Shown: piece after piece, positions 1 through 7,700 of the stretch
Layout: each line of letters starts with the position of its first letter
Position numbering within the stretch: position 1 is the stretch's first letter
Source of the DNA: Methanobacteriota archaeon
Lineage (GTDB): Archaea; Thermoplasmatota; Poseidoniia; Poseidoniales; Thalassarchaeaceae
Length of the DNA stretch: 64,000 nt
Assembly (NCBI GenBank): GCA_018650285.1
Contig: JABIGF010000028.1
Span: 68,359 to 132,358, forward strand
Reading direction: 5' to 3'
Notes under the pieces: model-generated
The model's input: only the letters and a program-made list of their open reading frames with translations
Databases searched by the model: none
Told to the model about the DNA's origin: nothing
Program-made: the position numbers and the translations under genes

Positions 1-1
1 G

Positions 2-760
2 CTAGTTCACAAACCAGATTTTACTAATATACCAATTGATATAGATGGCTGGAAAACGGCTTACGAAGAGACTGTTGCTATGGCTGAACAGGTCAGGGCA
101 GAATTAGATTTGAGGGTAAGAGTTGTACTTGGACCCCACCCTGCGTCTTGGGTTCATCAAAGTGCGTCACTTGGTTATGAAGTGGCGAATGAATTACACT
201 TAGATGCAGTCGAACTCGCAATTGAATTTTGTGAAGAAAATCTAGCAGTAGGTGTAGGTGAAGTCGGGCGACCACATTGGGATGCAGGTGAAGAGATAAT
301 GGCTCGTGCTGATGAGGTATTGCTTGAGGTGTTGGGGTTGTGTAAACAAGCAAACGTTCCAGCCCAACTTCATTTGGATGGAAACGGTGAAGCAACAAAT
401 CGTGAAATTGCCAAAATTTGTGACCGCGTCCGCTTCCCCCGTTTTGGTGCTATTCACCATCATGCCGAGGGAAATGTCAGCAAGCAGTTCACCCACGGCT
501 TGACATCATCAGTTGTTGTTGGCCGTGAATCAATCAAAGATATCTCGGATTCAATATGGAAAAATGAAGGTGGCTTTTTGATGGAGACTGATTACATGGA
601 TGATCCACGTAGGCCAGGGGCAGTTCTAGGGCCAAAGACAGTCCCTCGTAGAACGCAAGCGTTAGCAACTTCTTTGATAGGAAAAGGAATTGATGCTGAA
701 ACAGCTCTTTGTGCAGTTCACATTGACTTACCTGAGGCGTTATACGGGGAATATGAGTAA
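2..760 (+). CDS. TatD-family metal-dependent hydrolase (TIM-barrel fold), 5'-partial
   Basis: The frame is open from the window edge, with no stop between nt 2 and the first ATG at 80, so the gene probably starts upstream of the window. The segments GEVGRPHW, QLHLDGN, IHHHAEG and METDYMDD resemble metal-ligand strands of TatD/amidohydrolase-fold proteins. Recognition is by eye only. Confidence 0.5.
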   Translation, partial: LVHKPDFTNIPIDIDGWKTAYEETVAMAEQVRAELDLRVRVVLGPHPASWVHQSASLGYEVANELHLDAVELAIEFCEENLAVGVGEVGRPHWDAGEEIMARADEVLLEVLGLCKQANVPAQLHLDGNGEATNREIAKICDRVRFPRFGAIHHHAEGNVSKQFTHGLTSSVVVGRESIKDISDSIWKNEGGFLMETDYMDDPRRPGAVLGPKTVPRRTQALATSLIGKGIDAETALCAVHIDLPEALYGEYE

Positions 761-781
761 TATCTACTCATCAGCTCATTA

Positions 782-806
782 TTTTCTCCGACCTACGGTC
801 GGAAAA
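782..806 (+). terminator. Hairpin downstream of the TatD-like gene (CCGACC-TAC-GGTCGG, flanked by T/A runs)
   Basis: A perfect 6-bp stem at 788-793/797-802 has a TAC loop and can be extended by U-A pairs. It lies 22 nt after the stop at 760, in a 195-nt gap before fabI. Confidence 0.3.
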
Positions 807-955
807 TTACTATTATATTCAAAACCCCTCCTTTTGGGGCATGATTCAGCAATACTTAGATGTCTAACCGAATGATGCTATCGGTTCACACAATAGGCAA
901 AGGTCTTGAAGCCGTCGTCGCCGGCCGACCGATGTTAGTAGGAACAGGTGGTTTA

Positions 956-1747
956 ATGTTGGAACTAGAGGGGAAAACTGCACTAGTCTTTGGTGTCGCA
1001 AGTGAAGAAAGTATTGCGTGGGCTATTTGCGAGCAATTAGCAGCGGCTGGATGCAAACTAATTCTTGGGTTTCAAAAGAGATTCATGAGTAGAGTATTCC
1101 AACTCAAAGATAAGTTGGACGCAATAGAAGCATTCTATCCAATTGATGTTGCGACAAATGAATTGACTGCTGAATTTTTCACCGAATGGCAGGCTGCAAA
1201 CCCTGGTGCGAAAGCTGACATCATCATTCATGCAATCGGATTTGCTCCCAAAGAATGTTTTGACCGTCCAACACTTTTCGTAGACAATGAACCAATGAAT
1301 ACAGCGATGACAATCAGTGCCCATTCGCTTCAAAGGGTGATGCGTCATGCATTACCACACCTGGCATCTAATTCATCAACCATCACTTTGACATACGCCG
1401 CATCTACAAGATGGGTTCCAAATTATGGTATCATGAGTATTGCTAAAGCGGCCCTTGAAGCGTGGACAAGGGAACTTGCCAACAATGTTGGACCAGATGG
1501 TCACCGAATTAATGCGATTTCATCAGGGCCTATCAAAACACTAGCAGCAGGAGGAATTCCTGGTTTTGATGATATTTTATACCATGTTGAGAGAAATGCA
1601 CCACTACGAAGAAATGTAACTCAGAAAGATGTTGCCGGTTGTGCAACTTGGTTAGCATCTCCGATGTCTTCTGGTGTAACGGGACAAATAATTCATGTTG
1701 ATGCTGGTTATTCTAGCATCATGGTCCCAGATAGCATTTCTGATTGA
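956..1747 (+). CDS. fabI: Enoyl-[acyl-carrier-protein] reductase, FabI type (SDR)
   Basis: The N-terminus MLELEGKTALVFGVASEESIAWAI matches the FabI glycine-rich NAD(P)H motif. PNYGIMSIAKAALEA carries the FabI Y-x6-K catalytic pair, and INAISSGPIKTLAA matches the FabI lid. The ORF is open from an ATG at 860, but the ATG at 956 has AGGTGG 5 nt upstream and aligns with FabI N-termini. Confidence 0.85.
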   Translation: MLELEGKTALVFGVASEESIAWAICEQLAAAGCKLILGFQKRFMSRVFQLKDKLDAIEAFYPIDVATNELTAEFFTEWQAANPGAKADIIIHAIGFAPKECFDRPTLFVDNEPMNTAMTISAHSLQRVMRHALPHLASNSSTITLTYAASTRWVPNYGIMSIAKAALEAWTRELANNVGPDGHRINAISSGPIKTLAAGGIPGFDDILYHVERNAPLRRNVTQKDVAGCATWLASPMSSGVTGQIIHVDAGYSSIMVPDSISD

Positions 1748-1752
1748 GGTGA
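1746..1752 (+). promoter_or_regulatory. Shine-Dalgarno site (GAGGTGA) for the megasynthase, overlapping the fabI stop codon
   Basis: GAGGTGA lies 4-5 nt upstream of the ATG at 1757. It is complementary to the canonical 16S rRNA 3' end. It indicates fabI and the megasynthase are co-transcribed and translationally coupled. Confidence 0.6.
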
Positions 1753-1756
1753 AAAA

Positions 1757-4700
1757 ATGTCAGGTCAAAAGCGGAAACCGACATCGCACTCATTCCCTCC
1801 TATTGCGATTGTTGGCCAATCTGCTCTTCTCCCAGGCGCTCCCGATATTGACACGTTTTGGCGTAATGTATTGAACGCGCATGTATCAATTAAGGAAGTC
1901 TCTCCGACAAGGTGGGACCCTAGGGATTTTTGGATTGAAGGTGAACCTGGTAGTGCTCCTGAAGGGAAAACCTATTCTAAAATCGGTGGTTTTATTGAGG
2001 ATTTCGAGTTTGATTGGCGGAGATGGAAACAACCACCGGGTACACTAACTCAAATTGATGACACACAACTTTGGGCTGTTAAAGTTGCAGCAGCAGCATT
2101 AGAAGATGCAGGGTATCTAGGTGAGAAGAATCGTCTTGAACTCGATAGTGAGATGTGTGGTGTCATCTTTGCAAACGCTTTGGGCGGCGAAAATCGGTTG
2201 TTGTCTGGTTTCCGTGTTCATGCTGATGAGATAACTCGTAAAGCAATGGAGGCTGGAATGCCTTCTGAGGGTAGTGAGAAATTCAAAGAAGCACTTGTTG
2301 AGGGTACGCCTCGTGTTGACGAGGATACAATGGCTGGTGAGTTGGCCAATGTTGTTGCCGGTAGAGTAGCAAATCTTCTTGATTTACAAGGCCCTAATTT
2401 CAGTGCTGATGCTGCTTGTGCATCCACTTTTGCTGCTTTAGTGTCGGCTTGTCAAATGCTACATTCTGGTCAAACTGATGTAATGATTTGTGGTGCAAGT
2501 GATCGCACCATGGATCCCGCAACTTATGCGAAGTTTAGTGCGATTGGTGCTTTATCTCCAATCCATTCTCGTCCTTTTGATGCTAGAGCAAATGGATTTG
2601 TAATGGGTGAAGGTGCTGGTTGTGTTGTTCTCAAGCGCTTGGAAGACGCAATTGCAGATGGTGACACAATCTACAGCGTTATTCGTGGTATCGGTGCATC
2701 AAGCGATGGTCGAGGAAAAGGAATTACCGCTCCATCAACCCGCGGGCAAAAACAAGCGTTGAATCGAGCATACGAGCAGGCAGGATATTCAGCATCTACA
2801 GTTGAGTTAATTGAGGCACACGGAACAAGTACCAAAGTTGGTGATGCAACAGAACTCTCAACGTTAGCAGAAGTATTCTCTAATTTGGATGGTGGAGATG
2901 CCGTTGCAGTTGGTTCGGTAAAAAGTCAGATTGGCCATCTCAAAGCAGCGGCTGGGATGGCTGGCTTGCTCAAGGCAAGTTTGGCGTTGCATCACAGAAC
3001 AATCCCGCCGTCTGCAGGATTTGAACAACCAAATACTGCTGTGAATTGGAATGAAATCCCATTTTTTGTTCCAACAGTGGCCACTGAATGGCCTCTTTCA
3101 ACATCAAATACACCTCGCCGTGCAGGAATATCTTCGTTTGGTTTTGGTGGGACAAATTTCCATTGCGCCCTTGAGCAGTACGACCCAGAGCACCACTTGT
3201 CCTTGCTAGAGGATTGGGATAAACCGATTCAAAATCAACCTCTCTTGGCGGATAGTGTGCTTGATAATAGTGCAAATCCATCAATGACTCATGAAGAGTT
3301 GAAAGCGATAGAAGGAGGGGTATTATTGCTTAATGCGAGTGACTTTGAATCACTCGCAGTTGAAATTGAAAAGACAAAAGCAATATTGTTTTCCTCTGAT
3401 TTGAATTTTGATAATACTGCAGAAGGTCGTCGTCTATCGGCAGTATTGCCTGAAATATCTGCTGAATTCTTAGCAAAGGGTGCCCGCTGTGCAGTTGTTG
3501 CAACTAGTTGGGCTCAATTAGAGAAGAGAATGCAACTATTATCGGACAATTTGGATGACCGTGACAAGTGGGATTTCTTGGCCAAGCAGATGGTTTTCAT
3601 TACCGATGAACCACCTCTGCCGTCGTCTGCAAAATTAGTTCAGATGTTTCCTGGGCAGGGTAGTCAATATGTTGGTATGACTCTAGATTTGTCAAAACGA
3701 TTCAATGTAATTGGTGAAACGTGGGATGAGGCTGACAAAACAATGATTGAAATTCTTGATGGAGAGAAACTGTCAGAGTTTGTATTGCGTGAAAATTTAT
3801 CACCCGATGAAGTGAAGATTGCTGAAGAGAAATTGAAGCAAACAGAATTCACTCAGCCAGCAATGTTGACAGCCGATTTAGCAATTTACCGCCTTCTGCA
3901 AGAACATGACATCAATCCAGATATGGTCGCAGGTCATAGTTTGGGTGAATATGCAGCACTAATGGTCTCTGGAATCATAAAGTTCCACGACGCTCTGCGT
4001 GCTGCTGCTGCTCGCGGAACAGAGATGGGTAATGTTGATGTTCCAGATCAAGGATTAATGGCAAGTGTAACTGCTCCTTTTGGAAAAGTGGAAGAAGTCA
4101 TCAATTCAGTTGATGGATATGTGATTGCTGCTAACAAGAATTCACCGTTAATGACAGTCATTGCTGGAGATACTCCGTCTATGCAGTCAGCAATATCAAA
4201 ATTTGATGAATTAAACATCCCATGCGTCACTCTACAAACTAGTCACGCATTCCATTCAAGCATTATTGCTCCAGCAAACGAACCGTTACGCCGTTTCCTT
4301 GAGGGCTTGGAACTATCACTTCCTACAATTCCTATCACTGCTAATTATGATGGGCAATTTTATCCCAATAATTTGGCAGAAGGAGAGACAATTCATGACG
4401 CAATTCTAAGGCAATTAGCACCACAAATGTCGTCAGCAGTTGAATGGACTGAACAAGTTCAAGAAATGTATAGTAAAGGTGGTAGACTATTCATGGAAGT
4501 AGGTCCAAAGAGGGCATTAGCTCTTTTTGCTGAACAGATTCTTCATGACCGTGAAAAAGTAGTGACTAACACAAATCACCCTAAGGTTGGAGGGGTTGCA
4601 AGTTTCCTATCTTCGATAGCAGTTTGTGCATTGGCTGGTCGTGTGCCATCTATGCACGCGCTAAACTCGGACCGCCTATCTAGTGGCTTTAGGGCAGGGC

Positions 4701-7700
4701 CGTTGGAAGTTTGGCAGACAGGTTCGAAAGCCTCAGTTACATCTGCAGCAAGTTCTGCAGAGATGGAAGATTTGCGGGTTCGAGCCCGCCCGCTTCCTAG
4801 TAGTGGTGTCACTAGTCATTCAGCGCCACAAACTAACACGCCATTTGCCGACTCAGTAGTAGAGGAGTTGGTAGACAAAGAGGGTTATTTGGCACATCGT
4901 ATTTCTGAGCTTTCTGGATATCCTACTCGCCATGTTAGGGGGGAACTTGATTTGAGCACATTTGGAATCGCCGGTGCATCTTTGACCAGTTTACTGACGA
5001 AAATTGCAGCAGAAGCAAATGTTTCGGGACCAGCAGATGCTAGTCAACATACCACATTAACGGCTCTTAATGAATGGGTATTATCTCCGCCTACCGGTTT
5101 TACAATTTCTCGTAAAGTCAAGGGCGGTGGTAGCGCTAGTCAGAGTGTAGTTTCTTTGGACTCAATGGCTGAACGTAAAGCGAATCCATATGTCGTAACA
5201 GGAGTGAGCCTCGGATTACCCGGTTTGAGTGAGGTTTTCGCGCCCGATGCACTTGAGCGAATTGTTGCAGGTGAGAATTTTATCAGTGAACTTCCTGATG
5301 AGGTCAAGCAGCGATTATTGGACAAAAATATGGTAAGGATTGTCAAGCATCAAGATGGCCGCGCTGAATTTGTTGCTTGTGATTCGTTTGCAACAATTCC
5401 TCAACTTGCTGGCGTGGGTGGTTACTTTGACTTGGCAGAACAGTATGGTGTAGATGAAAAAATTGTGGCGGCGATGGATATTGCAACCACTCTGTCATTC
5501 GCCGCTGGCTTGGAAGCATTAACCGATGCAGCACTTCCATTGTTACCTGTTGAACAGGTGAGTAGTGTTGGAAAGAGGTTGATTAGAGGTTGGAATCTAC
5601 CCAATTCAATTCGAGAAAGAACCGGTGTAGTGTTTGCTTCGGTATTCCCTGGAATTGCTATGGCTATGCGGCACGCTTTGAATAACGGAGCGGATGAGAA
5701 TGGGACTTTTGATAGACGCTTCCTTCTTCAAGTTTTGACAATGGGGCATGCTCAATTCGCTCAATGGATTGGGGCGCGTGGGCCAAATGCTGCGATTAAC
5801 AATGCTTGCGCATCAACACCTGCAGCCTTCGCAATTGCTGAAGATTGGCTGGCAACCGGCCGCTGTGACCGAGTTATTGTGATTAGCGGTGATGATTCAA
5901 CTGGCGACGATTTGATGGAGTGGATCGGCGCAGGTTTTGCCGCTGCTGGCGCCCATTCAATGGGCAATGTAGTTGAAGAAGTCGCTTTACCATTTGATGC
6001 ACGCCGAAATGGAATGTTACTTGGAATGGGTGGTGCAGCTTTCGTCATAGAGAAATCATCTCATGCAAATGAGAGAGGTGTTGTACCATATGCTGAACTG
6101 TTGGGTGCACATATTGGCAACTCAGCATTCCATCCAACACGTTTGGATGTAGAACATGTCGTGACCACATTTGATAATTTTGTCACAAATATGGAAAATC
6201 GTTGGGGGATTGACCGACATCAAATTGCTCCAAAAACGACCTTCATGTCACACGAGCCGTTCACTCCACCGCGTGGTGGTTCTGCAGCAGCAGAAATCGA
6301 ATCACTACGCGGGGCATTCAAGGAATCTGCTGAGCAGGTCATTATTACCAATACGAAAGGTTTCACTGGACATCCAATGGGCGTAGGTATTGAAGATGCT
6401 ACTGGATTGTATGCTCTTGCATCTGGGAGATTACCACCTATTGCTAATTTCAAAGAACCAGATGAGTCGTTAGGCAATCTCAGATTATCTGAAGGTGGTG
6501 AATATGATGTTGAATATATGTTGAGACATGCTGCTGGATTTGGTAGCCAAATTGCCTTGACAATGTTCAAGCGAATTGCTCGTACACTAAACCGAGTTGA
6601 CCGTGAAGCGGTCATTCGTTGGGCTGCAATTGAGGCTGGAGATGATGTTGAATTGCGTTTGCTGAAACGCAAATTGGTTGCATATGTTTCTCCTGATGAC
6701 TCATTGATAGGTGGTATGGAAGGAAACGAATGGGTTGTTTCTGCCCAAGATGCAGCGCCAGAAAATCAAACCGTAGAAATCCATATAGAAAAGCCCGTAG
6801 AAGTTGTAGCACCGATGCCAACTCCTGAGCCTGATGAACCAGTATCAAAACCCGCTCCAACAATAGTTGGTGGCACTTCACCCGATATTGAGGCGAAGGT
6901 GATTGAAACAGTAGCGGAGCATACAGGTTATCCTGCTGATTTCATAGAACTCGACCAAGATTTAGAGGGTGAGTTAGGAATTGATACAGTCAAACAGGCA
7001 GAAATAATGGCCGATTTAAGAACTGCATACTCATTGCCAGTTGATGATACGTTCCAATTGCGAGAACATCCGACATTGAACCATATGATTGCTTACATCG
7101 TTCGTATGAATGGGGATTCAGAATCTTCCGAACATCAGCCTTTAGAGCCTGTTGAGGATGAACAAACATCAGGTGAAGAGGAAATTGAGTCAATAGATGA
7201 GAATCAATCTGACGACATATCGCCGCCCATTCAGTCAGCAGCCGTGGATAGTGATGTTGAAGCAGGAGTCCTTGAAATTGTGGTAAAACACACTGGTTAT
7301 CCCGAAGATTTTCTTGAATTAGATCAAGACTTGGAAGGTGAATTGGGTATTGATACAGTCAAACAGGCTGAGATTATGGCTGATTGCCGAGAGCGCTATT
7401 CACTTCCAGTAGATGAGGAATTCCAGTTACGAGAGTATCCAACCTTAGCCCACATGATTGGTTATATCATCTCAATGAGAGGTGATTCTGCTACCGTTGA
7501 AACAATTGATGAAATAGAAACGGAGGAAGTGGTGGAAATTCAATCTGATGAAGAACCAGTTGAGAAGCCCTCTACCGACGCCATTGAAAGTGGCGTCCAC
7601 CGTTGGGTTGTAGAAGTTGAAGAGGCAGAACTAGGTCAAGCCCATCCACTTGATATGGGTGGCTCATATGTTATCGTTACAGATGATTCATGGGGCTTGG

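Noticed and set aside
6220-6672. A 150-aa minus-strand ORF, and several other 60-110-aa antisense ORFs, inside the megasynthase gene
   Set aside because: All lie within a continuous 8.4-kb frame that carries ordered KS, AT, ACP, KR and DH motifs. The antisense products are low-complexity with no start signals.
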